Below, piece after piece: positions 40,107 to 54,261 of a stretch of DNA of 64,000 nt. Each line of letters begins with the position of its first letter. Position 1 is the stretch's first letter. This stretch comes from Eledone cirrhosa (lineage: Eukaryota), in the NCBI GenBank assembly GCA_964016885.1, contig OZ024742.1, positions 241,180,001 to 241,244,000 of the forward strand, written 5' to 3'. The notes beneath the pieces were generated by a model that saw only the letters and a program-made list of their open reading frames with translations, searched no databases and had not been told where the DNA came from. The position numbers and the translations under genes were made by a program.

Positions 40107-40108
<2 letters not shown>
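39711..40108 (+). mobile_element. Fold-back HHR element, family A (arms about 39711-39853 and 39875-40017, plus tail)
   Basis: Homologous to 2116-2548; about 21-nt spacer; (TA)n flanks. Confidence 0.9.
39913..39980 (+). ncRNA. Type I hammerhead (family A); mirror copy at 39749-39815 on the minus strand
   Basis: TTTTAT-CTGATGA-stem II (TATCGTC acag GATGATA)-GAAA-TGCGCA-TA-ATAAAA. Confidence 0.8.
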
Positions 40109-40160
<52 letters not shown>

Positions 40161-40232
40161 TACACACACACACACACACATATATATTTTTGTGTGTGTG
40201 TGTATGTATGCATATATATGTGTGTGTGTATG

Positions 40233-40277
<45 letters not shown>

Positions 40278-40370
40278 CTGTGTGTGTGTGTGTGTGTGTG
40301 TGTGCACATATATATATATATTGATGTGTATATTTATATATGTGTATATATATGTATATACTTATATATA

Positions 40371-40790
40371 TATATTAATAAAAGGAATTCCAACTTTGTC
40401 TGATTTACTCGTTTTATTTACAATCCTTTAAAATTATAATGATATTATAATGAAATAGTAAGTTTGAATATTAAATGTTAATGTTAATTGAACAAGTACT
40501 TTCATGCTTTCGCAATCTTCAGGTTCACATTGTGTGGTGACAGTCAAGTTGGCAATTTTCAACAGTTGAAAATTGCCAATTTGACTGTCACCACTGAATA
40601 TGAACCTGAAGATTGCGAAAGCATGAGAGTACTTGTTCAATTAACATTTAACATTTAATATTCTACCATCCTATTTCATTATAATATCATTATAATTTTA
40701 AAGGATTGTAAATGAAACGAGTAAATCAGACACAGTTGGAATTCCTTTTATTAATATAATCTTCTATGCACAATCATACACACCCGTGTA
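40371..40790 (+). mobile_element. Fold-back element (palindrome 40371-40758 centred at 40564, plus short tail)
   Basis: About 193-bp arms with few mismatches; TA-rich flanks. Confidence 0.9.
40601..40639 (+). ncRNA. Hammerhead-like motif lacking stem II; mirror copy at 40489-40527
   Basis: TGAAC-CTGAAGA-TTGC-GAAA-GCAT gaga GTAC-TT-GTTCA. Confidence 0.62.
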
Positions 40791-40839
<49 letters not shown>

Positions 40840-41096
40840 TATCAATAATAATGAGTTCAAAACCCAGGCAGTCTTTTACAATGAAATAGCTCAAAGAAAG
40901 AAGTATTGCTGAGCCGTGTGATACAAGTTAATATAAATTAATATATTTGATAAACACAAATACAAACATATTCATGTTTGTATTGTAAATGACCAAGTTA
41001 GCTAGATTGAAATATACTAATAATAATAATACATTTTGCCTGTCTCGATTTAAGATAATAAATCAATAAAAACAAATCATATTGGCAATGGCCGTG

Positions 41097-41223
41097 GTGC
41101 TTGGACAAATTTAAATTTCAAAATCAAACCTGTTCCGTAGACAGGTTTAAACGTTAAAATCCAAATATGTTTCGAATAATGAAAAAGTGAAAGAATACCG
41201 CAGTTTGATCTCAGCAAGCACTA
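41097..41223 (-). ncRNA. Type I hammerhead of tandem unit 1 (3-nt deletion in the core)
   Basis: Same fold as 41640-41771 but reads CTGAGATC instead of CTGAGGAGATC. Confidence 0.6.
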
Positions 41224-41639
41224 TAAAAATTGGTATGTTTCACTTCAAAATATTTAGAAAGTCTGATTAACGCACATGGTATTTCACGCGGTTATCCAGT
41301 GTCTAGCTGTCACATACTCGTGCTGCTAGAAATAACAGCCGTTTGTATGGGGCTAAATTCAGCTCAACAAAGTAGCAGTGATACTATCAATAATAATGAG
41401 TTCAAAACTCAGGCAGTCTTTTACAATGAAATAGCTCAAAGAAAGAAGTATTTCTGAGCCGTGTAATACAAGTTAATATAAATTAATATATTTGATAAAC
41501 ACAAATACCAACATATTCATGTTTGTATTGTAAATGACCAAGTTAGCTAGATTGAAATATACTAATAATAATAATACAGTTTGCCTGTCTCAATTTAAGA
41601 TAATAAATCAATAAAAACAAATCACATTGGCAATGGGCG

Positions 41640-41771
41640 TAGTGCTTGGACAAATTTAAATTTCAAAATCAAACCTGTTCCGTAGACAGGTTTAAACGTT
41701 AAAATCCAAATATGTTTCGAATAATGAAAAAGTGAAAGAATACCGCATTTTGATCTCCTCAGCAAGCACTA
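41640..41771 (-). ncRNA. Full-size type I hammerhead ribozyme of tandem unit 2
   Basis: TAGTGCTTG-CTGAGGA-GA..TC-GAAA-long stem III (CATATTTGGATTTTAA/TTGAAATTTAAATTTG plus AAACCTGT/ACAGGTTT)-TC-CAAGCACTA; 9-bp stem I; GUC site. Confidence 0.85.
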
Positions 41772-42020
41772 TAAAAATTGGTATGTTTCACTTCAAAATA
41801 TTTAGAAAGACTGATTAACGCACATGGTATTTCACACGGTTATCCAGTGTCTAGTTGTCACATACTCGTGCTGCTAGAAATAACAGCCGTTTGTATGGGG
41901 CTAAATTCAGCTCAACAAAGGAGCAGTGATACTATCAATAACAGCTAACTTGGTCATTTACAATACAAACATGAATATGTTGGTATTTGTGTTTATCAAA
42001 TATATTAATTTATATTAACT

Positions 42021-42370
<350 letters not shown>

Positions 42371-42444
42371 ATTGTATATCTGTATATATGTGTGTATATG
42401 TATATATGTGTATATATATATATATGTATATATAAGTATATATG

Positions 42445-42483
<39 letters not shown>

Positions 42484-42816
42484 ATGTGTGTGTGTGTATG
42501 TGTGAATGTAGCGAAGATAATACGTTAGCAATGACGTGTTCGTCAGAATAGGCTTACAGACAGATATTATAAGGGCTCGACGGAGATCGATAACCAGCGC
42601 CTAACACCCCTTTAACAACAGAAAATTGAAAAATAAAAGCTGGAGTTAGTATCTTTAGAACGCAAGGAATATATAAATGGAAGTTTGAAGTCAATCGGAG
42701 TAGAAATATGGATTTGTATAGACTTTGCAAAAACGAGGACACACACACACACACACGCATACACACACACAGACAACAACAGTTTTATATATATAGATTA
42801 TTATTTTCCAGTTTCA

Positions 42817-43721
42817 TCTATATATATAAAACAAAGGATGTCTGTCTGTAGGTGTGTGTGAGTTTGAATCCCTAAAACTCGAGAACCACCCAAACTTTAC
42901 ACATATAATACGTATGTTCAGGGTGTTCTGATCAAAACAAATTTCAAATTTTCAATGCCCTAGGGACCGCATTAGGCGATTTAGCGATCTCTCTCTATAA
43001 TTCTCAGTCTTTCTCTTTTTAGATAGATACATACATATAACATCGCGCCCTTATAATATCTGTCTGTATGTTTGGCTGTCTGCATTACGTCACTTCCCTG
43101 AGGATGTCAGTGTGTGTGTCTGTGAGTTTGACTCTCTAAAACTCGAGAAATACCCAACCGACCTTTTTCAAACTTTACATGTGTATTACTTAAGTTTCAG
43201 GGAGTGTTATGTACGTCAAAAAATTCAACTTTTTTATCCCCTAGGGCCTGCATTAGGTGAAAAACTGCGCTTTTTCAGGTTTTTAGGGTTTTTTGAGGCG
43301 TTACCTCAGATTGATTTCCTTGAGATTGTAACTATGTATTAGTCATTCTCTTCCTCATATTGTGAGCAAAGAAAATCCAACTTTTTTATGGCCTAAGGCC
43401 CGCATTAGGTGAAAAACTTCACCTTTTCAATTTTAAGGCCTTTTTTGAGGCGTTAAGTCTAACCGATTTCACCGAAATTTCAAGGCATATTATGCACATG
43501 AAAAAAAATTTATTTTCTTGATCCCCTAGGGCCCGCATTAGATGAAAACCTGCATTTTTCCTGCTTCATCGAGTAAAATCTTAAATATTCTCCAGCCATC
43601 AGAGTATTCGGTTTATTTTCTTTACATATTGTCCAGGCATGCAGTTTTTCCATAATTAGGTCTGTTGGCGGCCCGCGTTCCAAAATACCTTATACCGTGC
43701 AACGCCGGGTACCACTACTAG
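42817..43721 (+). mobile_element. Non-autonomous Helitron-like element
   Basis: A|TCTATATATATAAA start; ccgtgcaacgccggg hairpin and CTAG|T end; internal ggcccgcattaggtgaaaa subrepeats. Confidence 0.78.
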
Positions 43722-43797
43722 TGTTTTCTACAGCAAAATATCGTTTCCAACTATCATTTTGGTCTTATATATATATACACACACACAGACACATACA

Positions 43798-43835
<38 letters not shown>

Positions 43836-43854
43836 CATACATTATATATATGTG

Positions 43855-43893
<39 letters not shown>

Positions 43894-43906
43894 ATATATA
43901 TATATA

Positions 43907-44060
43907 ACGAAGAAAGTGTGATAAGGAACCAGATGGACCATAACGCACCAGAGTACTCAATATTTAGGGTAGTAGAGTGGGTAATAGGAAAATGTTCAAG
44001 AGCGCGACGCCAGAGCCGTCGAAACGGCTCGACCTCTGTCGTCGGGGTCTTGAACATTTT

Positions 44061-44063
<3 letters not shown>
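43907..44063. mobile_element. Family G short insertion (tail on minus strand, inverted HHR 3' half); relatives at 53716-53848 and 60317-60443
   Basis: Shared ttacccactctactacc..attgagtact..gcgttatggtcc..ctggttcctta..ttcgtta tail; all three lie in (TA)n. Confidence 0.85.
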
Positions 44064-44130
<67 letters not shown>

Positions 44131-44143
44131 TAGTTAGATATAG

Positions 44144-44176
<33 letters not shown>

Positions 44177-44582
44177 AAGAGAGAGAGAGTCGCGTTTCTC
44201 ATTGTGTTTGCCAACTATAAGTTAAAGCAATTCGGTTATACCGAAGTATTTTTATGTTTAGGACATATATAGGTCACGTTGAACAATAAAAACAATCATG
44301 GGAAGCGAGGATATTCTCAGGTTTTTGCAGCACTACATGATTATCGAATTAACTGCACTCTTTTGGACTGATTCAAGGACGGACCACATCAAAATATATT
44401 AAACTTATTTCGCCGGGTTGCCAAAAGTGCAATCAGTTCGATATACAGTCTAGCTGGCAAGATTTAGAGTATATCACTGATTTTAAATCCATAAAATCAT
44501 ATATATCTGAAAATATAAATATACAACAGTCTACTGATTGTTTTAACTTTCATGCTGTGTTTGTGCATTGATTATAAGTAAA

Positions 44583-44803
44583 GGGCGGAGGATTAGCAGT
44601 ATCGGTAGAGGGTCGGACGTCATGCTTTTCAGCATAGAGTTACGGCCCTTTATGATCTGTGTTCAAATCCCGCCGAGGTTAACTTTGCCTTTCATCCTTA
44701 CGGGGTCGATAAAATAAAATACCAGTCACGCACTGGGGTCGATTTAATCGACTTTCCCCTCCCCCAAAATTGCTGGCCTTGTGCCTATATAAGAAAGCAT
44801 TAT
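44583..44803 (+). mobile_element. Octopus-type SINE
   Basis: Near-identical to 18977-19188. Confidence 0.85.
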
Positions 44804-44830
44804 AAGCAAATACACAACTAAATCACCTTC

Positions 44831-45075
44831 ATACTCACCACCATCGGCACACGGCTGGCTTCTCGCAGGTGTCAGCTTCGCGAGCTAAAATGGCTGTTCC
44901 AGTGCGTCACCCTCATCATCTTCCAGGGAAACGCCTTCTCTATTTTGTTCGACGGGGCCTCGGGGCGGCCAGTGCGTGGGCTCCCATTTGCTCATAATAG
45001 TGAGAGTTGGGAAGAGTTGGAGAGATGGGAGGCAATGACAGTGAGAGCTTGGTTCCTTTGGGTTCGGACCTGGTG
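44831..45075 (+). mobile_element. 3' end of a CRE-like element (C-terminus of the restriction-like endonuclease domain)
   Basis: Hand translation ILTTIGTRLASRRCQLRELKWLFQCVTLIIFQGNAFSIL resembles the CRE-type terminal FQR.S..IQRGNA..IL motif. Confidence 0.6.
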
Positions 45076-45973
45076 TATATGTGTATATATATTTACTGCA
45101 CCACACACACGCACACACACATTAATAGTCAATATAGAATCTCTTAATGATTAATCTGTGATTGCCAAAAGAATAGGTTTAAACTAAAAATATGAAAAAA
45201 TTTAGATAGGCTGAACTTATATCTACATAGGGCCACAATAGTGTAAAATTGTGTACCATACTTCCCTCAAAGATATAACCATTACATTCTATCATGAAAA
45301 TGAAGATTATATAATTATAGAGCCTCATGGCAGACTTGATTCAGCGGATAACTAATCAAAGGCACTCCATTTCGTCCAGTGTTCTTCCTTGTTTAAAATG
45401 GTAGGTTTTTACCTAGTAGGTTGTGCGACTATGTATAGACTCTTTTATTGTCTTAGGCAGAGTTTTATATGGATAGCTGGTTGCCATTTGTATAACCTTA
45501 GATATTATTTTTAATATTAACAATATTTTATATGAAGTGATAAATACTTAGGAATGTCGGAAGAAGATATGCTTTTCCTCAGGACTTTATTAGCAACGTT
45601 TCACATTAGAAGCAAACAGTAAAAAGAAAAGAGAAAAAAGAAAAGAGAAAAAAGAAAACAGTAAAAAACAGCGCAAAGAACAACAAACCGAGCAATGTGC
45701 GAGCAACTTAAGGTAAGGAAATCCAAAACCACTCGATATCTCTTTTCTTCCCTTTTGCTTTCCTTCCCCCCTCCTCCGTTTTCCCAATAACTTATCCAGT
45801 TATTGACGCCCTGGGGTGAGATATCTTGTCTTTAAAGCGTAGAAATATCCGAGATCCCCAGCAGACAACTGATGAGGACCCCCCCCCCCCTGTTCTTGTT
45901 TTCTTCATATTCCCACTGCATTCTAAGATACCTTAAATAGCAACTACACAGAAAAATAAACACTAAAATATAA

Positions 45974-46152
45974 TTGTTTCTACTTTTGGCACAAGGCCAG
46001 CAATTACCCAGTACATTTCTGGTACTTTATTTTATCGACCCCGTAGGGATGAAAGCAACGTTAATCTCGGCGGGATTTGAACTCAGAATGGCAAGGGCCG
46101 TAACTCTATGTGTCAAAGCATGGCGTCCGACCCTCTACCGATACTGCCAATC
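45974..46152 (-). mobile_element. Octopus-type SINE (internally deleted variant)
   Basis: Reverse complement of the SINE; same variant as 50027-50208. Confidence 0.8.
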
Positions 46153-46481
46153 CAACAATGGTATATTAGTTTAACGCTTGATAGAGACAGAAAATAGTCT
46201 GAACTTTTCGGACGCTAGTTCTTCGTTGGAAGATAGAAACAGCAAAGAGAAGATATTGGGGCGAAAGAACTAAAATAAAGACAGACGAGAGTAAAGAAAA
46301 ACCAGCACAAATAAAATTGAAAACGGAAGGCAGGTGTTATTGTTAGTTAGCCATCTTAAATGTTTATGTTTACGTATACACACAAACATGCACATTATCT
46401 TTCTTTCCACTCACATGCACTTACACACACACACGCACGCACACACACACACACATATATATATATAAATATATATATATA

Positions 46482-46545
<64 letters not shown>

Positions 46546-46719
46546 TATGTATATACATATGTACACATATATGTATATATATATATATACGTATACACAT
46601 ATATACATATATATATACATATATATATACATATATATATATATGTATATATATATTTATATAAATATATATATATGTATGTATGTATATATATAAGTAT
46701 ATATATATATATATGTATG

Positions 46720-46756
<37 letters not shown>

Positions 46757-46757
<1 letters not shown>

Positions 46758-46808
46758 AATGAAAGGTATAGAAAGTATTGTAGCAAGAAGCCAACAGTAT
46801 TCCATAAT
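46757..46808 (-). repeat. Family F ~50-bp tail in (TA)n; also 57908-57960 (+) and 17955-17999 (+)
   Basis: tatggaatactgttggctt.ttgctacaata.tttctatacctttcattta. Confidence 0.8.
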
Positions 46809-46905
46809 ATATATACATACATATATTTATACATACATATATATATATACATATATATATATGTATGTATATATATATATATATATATATAGTAATAATA
46901 ATAAA

Positions 46906-46937
<32 letters not shown>

Positions 46938-47209
46938 CACACACACATGCATATATATATATATATATATATTAGGTTCCAAAATGCTCTTGCATATGAC
47001 GAAAGAATGTTGAAATCACGTATAAACACATATATACAGAAATGTGCAAACGTGCACATTAACAGCAAGCTTGCAGCGTGAGTAACCTTCTAAGATATGC
47101 ATACAATATTTCCATACGAGCATGTGCCATCCGACACATGCACACACATACCTATACTTACATGGACATATGTGCATGAGGATATGCACACATGCATAGT
47201 AATACTCAT

Positions 47210-47247
<38 letters not shown>

Positions 47248-47255
47248 TTATTTAT

Positions 47256-47286
<31 letters not shown>

Positions 47287-47363
47287 TATATATATAATAC
47301 GGTTCTTATATATTTATCCTTATCGAGCCCTCTTTGGATTTTAGTCTTCAAATTTATTATTAT

Positions 47364-47424
<61 letters not shown>

Positions 47425-47495
47425 TATACTAAACATCTATATAGATGCATATATATCCACATATACACACCTATACGTATACAGGCGCATACCTA

Positions 47496-47547
<52 letters not shown>

Positions 47548-47607
47548 ATAAATATGTGTTTTGCAACGGTATATATTTCATCTAGTGATTCTATAGACAT
47601 GTTTTAT

Positions 47608-47686
<79 letters not shown>

Positions 47687-48614
47687 TTAACTATGTAGAA
47701 AAGTGTAGTCTCCATTACAGCTAACCAGGTACATATAGACTTACATACAGAAACATACACATGCATCCAAAACCACAGCCAGGCGCACCACCATGAATAT
47801 GCACATGCAGTGGAACTAATATGATCAGAGTACTGCGTAATCGATTTGACGTGTGTGTGTTGTGAAGAGTGCATTGTGTTAAAACTCATCTCTGTAACAA
47901 CCATACCACAATAGAGATTTCAAATATTGACGTGCAAACATCCCTCTACTATTTAGATTACATCAAAGAGAATAGACTAGAAGATACATAAACACGCGCG
48001 CGCGCAGACACACACACACATTCACACACACACACAGACACACACCCACACATACATACGCACACACTCATACACACACATACACACACACATACATACA
48101 TAAACCTACACATACATACATACACACACACACATACATACACATACACACACTCATACACACACATACACACACACATACATACATAAACCCTCACATA
48201 CATACATACACACACACACACATACACACACACACACACACATACACACACACACACACACACACATACATGAACACACACATACACATAGATACACACA
48301 CACACATACATACACACACACATACACACACATACACACACAGACATACATACATAAACACCCACACACATACACATACACACACATACATACATAAATA
48401 CCCACACACATACATACACATACACACACATACACACTCACATACACACACACATACATACATACACACACATACACACACATACATACATAAACACACA
48501 CACACATACACACACACACACATATACACACATAAATACATACACACATTTTCAGAAATGCTAGAAAGTACAGCCCATATACTTTTCTGTTCAAGTATAT
48601 ATGTGAGGCTGCTC

Positions 48615-48880
48615 TTCATCACTATTGGTAACATGTAGTCCAGTACAACCTGTGCATGGTTGGGTCGTCGGCGCCTAAACTGGCAATTCCACCAAGTTTG
48701 CTTAGTGAGGAGGGTGACTGTGGACGCCCTGTGGGGGTGAAAAACAAAACTGTCTGAGGGTGGAGGAACTCAGACGACTCAACGGCCATCCAATAAAGTA
48801 ATTTTTGTGTGGAGTGAGAGACGTCTGGGCATCATTAAGACATGTTTCTAGGAGAAGGTCATTCTGATGTAAAACCCGGG
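48615..48880 (+). repeat. Structured interspersed repeat, diverged copy of 49232-49570
   Basis: Shared tggtaacatgta..cagtacaacctg..gggtcgtcggcg.ctaaac.ggcaa..ccaccaagttt..gtgaggagggtga..tcaacggccatcc..tctaggagaagg. Confidence 0.75.
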
Positions 48881-49231
48881 ACTTCGTTTGAATCCAATGA
48901 TGTATACCAGTTCTAGTTTTTGGGCAAATGCATTCGATGTTCAGAGAGTGGGGTTGTCTCCGTAAAAAGCTTTTCCTCACTGAAAAAAGCTTTAATTACA
49001 GGCATTGCTTGATATGTGACACCTTTTGTGTTGCATCGCATGGCTGGACGTAGCAGAAAAAGGCAATATCACATTGTAACACCTACTATGGGAGGTCTGA
49101 GACGTTACAACTTTTGTGCAACAGTGTGCAAATCCCTAGCATGACTTAAGAGCCATGTCTGTACTGCTCATGCTTAAGTATCAAGCGATAGCATTACTTG
49201 AAATCGAGTTAAACGTGTATGTATGTATGTC

Positions 49232-49570
49232 GGGTCACTCTTGAGTGCTACTGGTAACATGTAACTCAGTACAACCTGTCGCATGGTCGGGTCGTCGGCG
49301 ACTAAACCGGCAACCCCACCAAGTTTACTTGGTGAGGAGGGTGAGTTTGGACGTCCTGCAGGACAAAAAACAAAACCCGACAATGGGCGGAAGAACTCAT
49401 AAGAGTCAACGGCCATCCGAAAGTGTGTAAATATGTATATACACTTGTACCGCGCAGTTAAACCACTGGGAGTGAAGGACCCCTAGCCTTTGTCAGGGCA
49501 TTCTTCTAGGAGAAGGCAACTCAGGTAACTGGGATAACTCCGATATAAAACCTGCGGCTCAGTAGTTACC
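49232..49570 (+). repeat. Structured interspersed repeat (possibly a LINE 5' UTR)
   Basis: Homologous to 48615-48880; several conserved hairpins. Confidence 0.7.
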
Positions 49571-49695
49571 GATGATGTTGATCTTTTCTTCTTTTCGGGT
49601 TACAGCTACTGTCGCTCAGAGAGTGGGATTGGTTCAGTGCACAGTCTTTCCTCACTTTAAAACTGACCGTGGTTACCCCCGATTGAACCTGGGAT

Positions 49696-49741
<46 letters not shown>

Positions 49742-49789
49742 TACACATACACGCACACATACAAACACATCCACACTAACATATAAATA

Positions 49790-50208
49790 ATGGTTTCTTA
49801 TATAGGCACAAGGCCAGCAATGTTGGGGGAGGTGTAAGTCGATTAAATCGACCCCAGTGCGTGATTGGTACTTTATTTTATGGACCCCGTAAGGATGAAA
49901 GGCAAAGTTAACCTCGGCGGGATTTGAAGTCAGATCATAAAGGGCCGTAACTCTACGTTGCAAAGCATGGCGTCTGACCCTCTACCGTTACTGCCAATAA
50001 ACCGCCCTAGTAATATATATATATAATTGTTTCTACTTTTTGGCACAAGGCCAGCAATTATCCCAATGCATTGCTGGTACTTTATTTTATCGACCCCGTA
50101 AGGATGAAAGGCAAAGTTAACCTCGGCGGGATTTTAACTCAGAATTGCAAGGGCTGTAACTCTATGCATCAAAGCATGGCGTCCGACCCTCTACCGATAC
50201 TGCCAATC
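49790..50208 (-). mobile_element. Two adjacent Octopus-type SINEs (49790-50007 and 50027-50208)
   Basis: Reverse complements of 44583-44803. Confidence 0.85.
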
Positions 50209-50837
50209 CACCATATATAATGTACCCATATCAACGTATTAAAATAAATAAATCACAAAATCAAATATGTCGTTGCGAGTTCATATCCTATTTCCGCCAA
50301 GAAAGCAGTTTTAATTAGAACCGTATTGTTATACAGTGCCCTCCTCAAATAGACACAATGGCGTGTCCGAAAGTTGATAAAAATTACTTCATTCTAAAAC
50401 CGAAACTGGTTTTGAATCTCTTTCATCATGCTTTACTGTGCTATTTCCATCATGACTTTGCTGGTTAAGATCTTTACTTAAGTTAGGGATTATCTCTTTG
50501 TAGATAACAAACGTCGTTATACTAAATTAAATTAACTGAAAGCTGAAATATGTCGGAACGACTTCTTTCGATTTGCATTTCAAAAAAGTAGTTTTCCTTT
50601 TTCCTACATTTATATGCAGATAGATATCAGCAGAAAATGCATACAATTACATAAGAGCCGTGTCGTTACCTCGCTAGCTTCATTGCTGGCGTGTAGATAG
50701 ATAGAGGGAGACAGAGACAGAGAGAGAAAATTAAACCTGAACATTTTTAATGCAGATCATTCTGATAATTCTAGAAAAGAAACCAGTGAAAAATTAGTAA
50801 TCACAGATTTTCTCAGCTTAAAACTATTATTGATTAA

Positions 50838-52310
50838 CTAGCAGTTTAGCCCAGCATTGCTCGGGTTTGTTCATTTGCTATGAAAAGTTACATACAGGTA
50901 AACGTGGCTTGAAAGCGAATAAGCTTATCAATTAAGTGCGTAAAGCAGTTGAACCGGTTCTTAAAAGTTACGAACCAATTAGCATTTTGGACAATCAATG
51001 ATGGGTTAATAATCTTCCAATAGCGAATTTAGCAGACCAAAGTTGCAAGATGGTGACCCTGAAATCGCTGGGTGTCAGATCTGTTCGCCATGGGTGACCC
51101 TACCAGGAAATAGTTTTCCAGACGGCGTAGCTCCACCACCTCAAACATCTGCACCAACATCTATAGCACCTCTTTGTAGACGATATTGCGTGTCATCCCT
51201 TGAGGAGTGTAAGCAAAAAGTCCATTCCTACTCCCTACGGGGGAACAGGCAACATAAAGTTGGCCATGGGTGAAGCATGGCTCCCCCAAATGGATGCCCG
51301 CCACCGACAATGTTTGCCCTTGTGACTTGTTAATGGACATGGCAAAACATGGTTTCACCGGGAACTAGGATCGCCGGAAATCGAACGGGATATCTGACGC
51401 CAAGGGGAAAAGGTTCATCCTTGGCAGTGTATTCGGCAGAACTGCCAGAAGTACAACACTATGGATGTTGTCATATTAATATTTAACCAATGAAAGTCGT
51501 AAAAAATAAATAATTTAAACATTCCGATTCATATGTCTAAAGCATTAATCTGTTATGTGAAGTGTTATTTTGCAGGTTGTTATTTGCAATAAGCCAATTT
51601 AAAATGCCCCCAATGTCAATACGGGACTCCAATGACTCCCCCACCAGTTAAATTATAGAGAGGGGGAATAATCTATTATGGAGAGAGGGAAGAACGACAG
51701 AGAGAGTAAAGCTAAGAAACTATAGAGAGGTGTGTAAAACAGTGTTGTCATATAGAGAGTGAAGAGCGACAGAGAGAATAAAGCAGTTAATTTATAGAGA
51801 GGGGGAATAATCTATTATAGAGAGAGGGAAGAGCGACGGAGAGAGTAAAGGTAAGAAACTATAGGGAGGTGTGTTAAACCTCAAAGCATGAAGAGAGTAA
51901 AGCAGTTAAATTATAGAGCGGGGGAATAATCTATTATGGAGAGAGGGACGAGCGACGGAAAGAGTAAAGCTATGTTTATTGTTGTATAAATTGATGTGTT
52001 GCTTAGTTTTCAAAGTTTATGTCGCGTTCCTGAATGAAGTTTTGTCGCTGTTGTAAACTGTAATGGTGATAGGGTAGTAGAGAGAGGCATTAAGCGTGTA
52101 AGAGAGAGGGTTACAGCATGTATTTAGTTTTATTGATTTTCTTCATAGAAGGAGGAAATTTTTGGCAAAGTTTATTACGTGTTGACCATCGTTGGTAAAT
52201 TTGGGGCACATTGGAAAAGAAATCATCAAAATCGGTAGAGAAATGTGGAAATGCATAAAAATCATACACACACACACAGACAGACATCTTCCGTTATATA
52301 TATAGAGAGA
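50838..52310 (-). mobile_element. Internally deleted Helitron
   Basis: Minus strand A|TCTCTCTATATAT start, cccgagcaatgctggg hairpin and CTAG|T end; helicase remnant; internal tandem subrepeats 51648-51975. Confidence 0.88.
51161..51395 (-). pseudogene. C-terminal PIF1-like helicase fragment of a Helitron
   Basis: FPVKPCFAMSINKSQGQTL..GIHL..PCFTHGQLYVACS.V..TRNIVYKEVL. Confidence 0.9.
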
Positions 52311-52533
52311 TTACTCAATGAGTGAACAGCATAGTTTTAAAGAGCGGAGGGTAATGCATTATTCTTGAAGTATGTCTTATATGACGAATGGCTTATGTTA
52401 ATACTAATATTTAGTTCTTGTAATAGCTTACCAAATAAATTATATTCTTATCTCCAAAACTGAGTAAAGTTTGTTCCGTTCGTTACCACTAACGTGAATA
52501 CCTTACAGACGTCCGTAGCCACACGCACACACG

Positions 52534-52570
<37 letters not shown>

Positions 52571-52605
52571 ACACATATACATACACATATATATATGTGT
52601 GTATA

Positions 52606-52646
<41 letters not shown>

Positions 52647-52660
52647 GTATATATATGTAT

Positions 52661-52794
<134 letters not shown>

Positions 52795-52852
52795 ACACAT
52801 ACATATATACACGTATATGTGTATACATATATGTATATATATATATATATAT

Positions 52853-52894
<42 letters not shown>

Positions 52895-52952
52895 ACACAT
52901 ACATATATACACGTATATGTGTATACATATATGTATATATATATATATATAT

Positions 52953-53023
<71 letters not shown>

Positions 53024-53546
53024 AGTGTGTGTGTGAGTGTGTATGTGTGTGTCTATATTTGTCTGTATAGAATATATATGTAGAGACTAAGATATAAGTA
53101 CACTAACGTAGACAACTGATGCATTTACGTAAATGCATCAGTTGTCTGCGTTAGTATATAGTTTTGTGAAAGTATATATTTGAAAATATGTTCTTGTAAT
53201 ACAGACAATTACATCTAAAGAGACCACTGTCACATGCCCAAAATAAACGACTGAACACGATGAAGCAGAATACCTTGAATGCAATCACTAATGCATATCA
53301 AACAATTACTTTTTTCTCTTTCTAGCCATCTGTCTCCTTGCATTGTTTGTGCTATTGCATTCTTTCACAGACTACTTTCTTTCTTTTGTTCGTTCGCTCG
53401 GTTTTCTTTTCTTTAATCCTTACTTTCTTTCGTTCCTTAAATTATTTTCAGCTCTCGAAGCACCACACTCTTCCCACCAACGAATATTTACATTTACTGT
53501 AGTTTGTTCCTTTACTCTCATACCAGCTACTTTTAACTTTTTTCTT

Positions 53547-53628
<82 letters not shown>

Positions 53629-53684
53629 ACGATGTATGTATATATGAATATCTATTTATATATATTTATATATATATATATATT

Positions 53685-53717
<33 letters not shown>

Positions 53718-53845
53718 GAACCAGTAAGACCCCGACAGCTGAGCTCAAGCCGTTTCGACTGGTTCTTATTACCCACTCTACTACCTCAAGTATTGAGTAC
53801 TTTGGTGCGTTATGGTCCACCTGGTTCCTTACCACATTTCCTTCG

Positions 53846-53888
<43 letters not shown>

Positions 53889-53948
53889 CATTTATATGTA
53901 TATACATATATACATATATATATATATTATATATATATATATATATAT

Positions 53949-53993
<45 letters not shown>

Positions 53994-54107
53994 CATTTAT
54001 ATGTATATACATATATACATATATATATATATTATATATATATGTATATATATACATATATATATATATACACACACACACATATATATATGTATATATA
54101 TATATAC

Positions 54108-54185
<78 letters not shown>

Positions 54186-54197
54186 GTATATGTGTAC

Positions 54198-54261
<64 letters not shown>

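Noticed and set aside
40836-41941. CRISPR-like array interpretation of tandem repeats
   Set aside because: Units are hundreds of bp with no unique spacers and no cas genes, in a eukaryotic context.
45800-45900. CTGATGAGG as a hammerhead core
   Set aside because: No downstream GAAA or compatible helices were found.
46198-46235. CCAACGAAG..CCGAAAAGTT as a hammerhead relic (also 42510-42550 and 19410-19425)
   Set aside because: Too many core mismatches to distinguish from chance.
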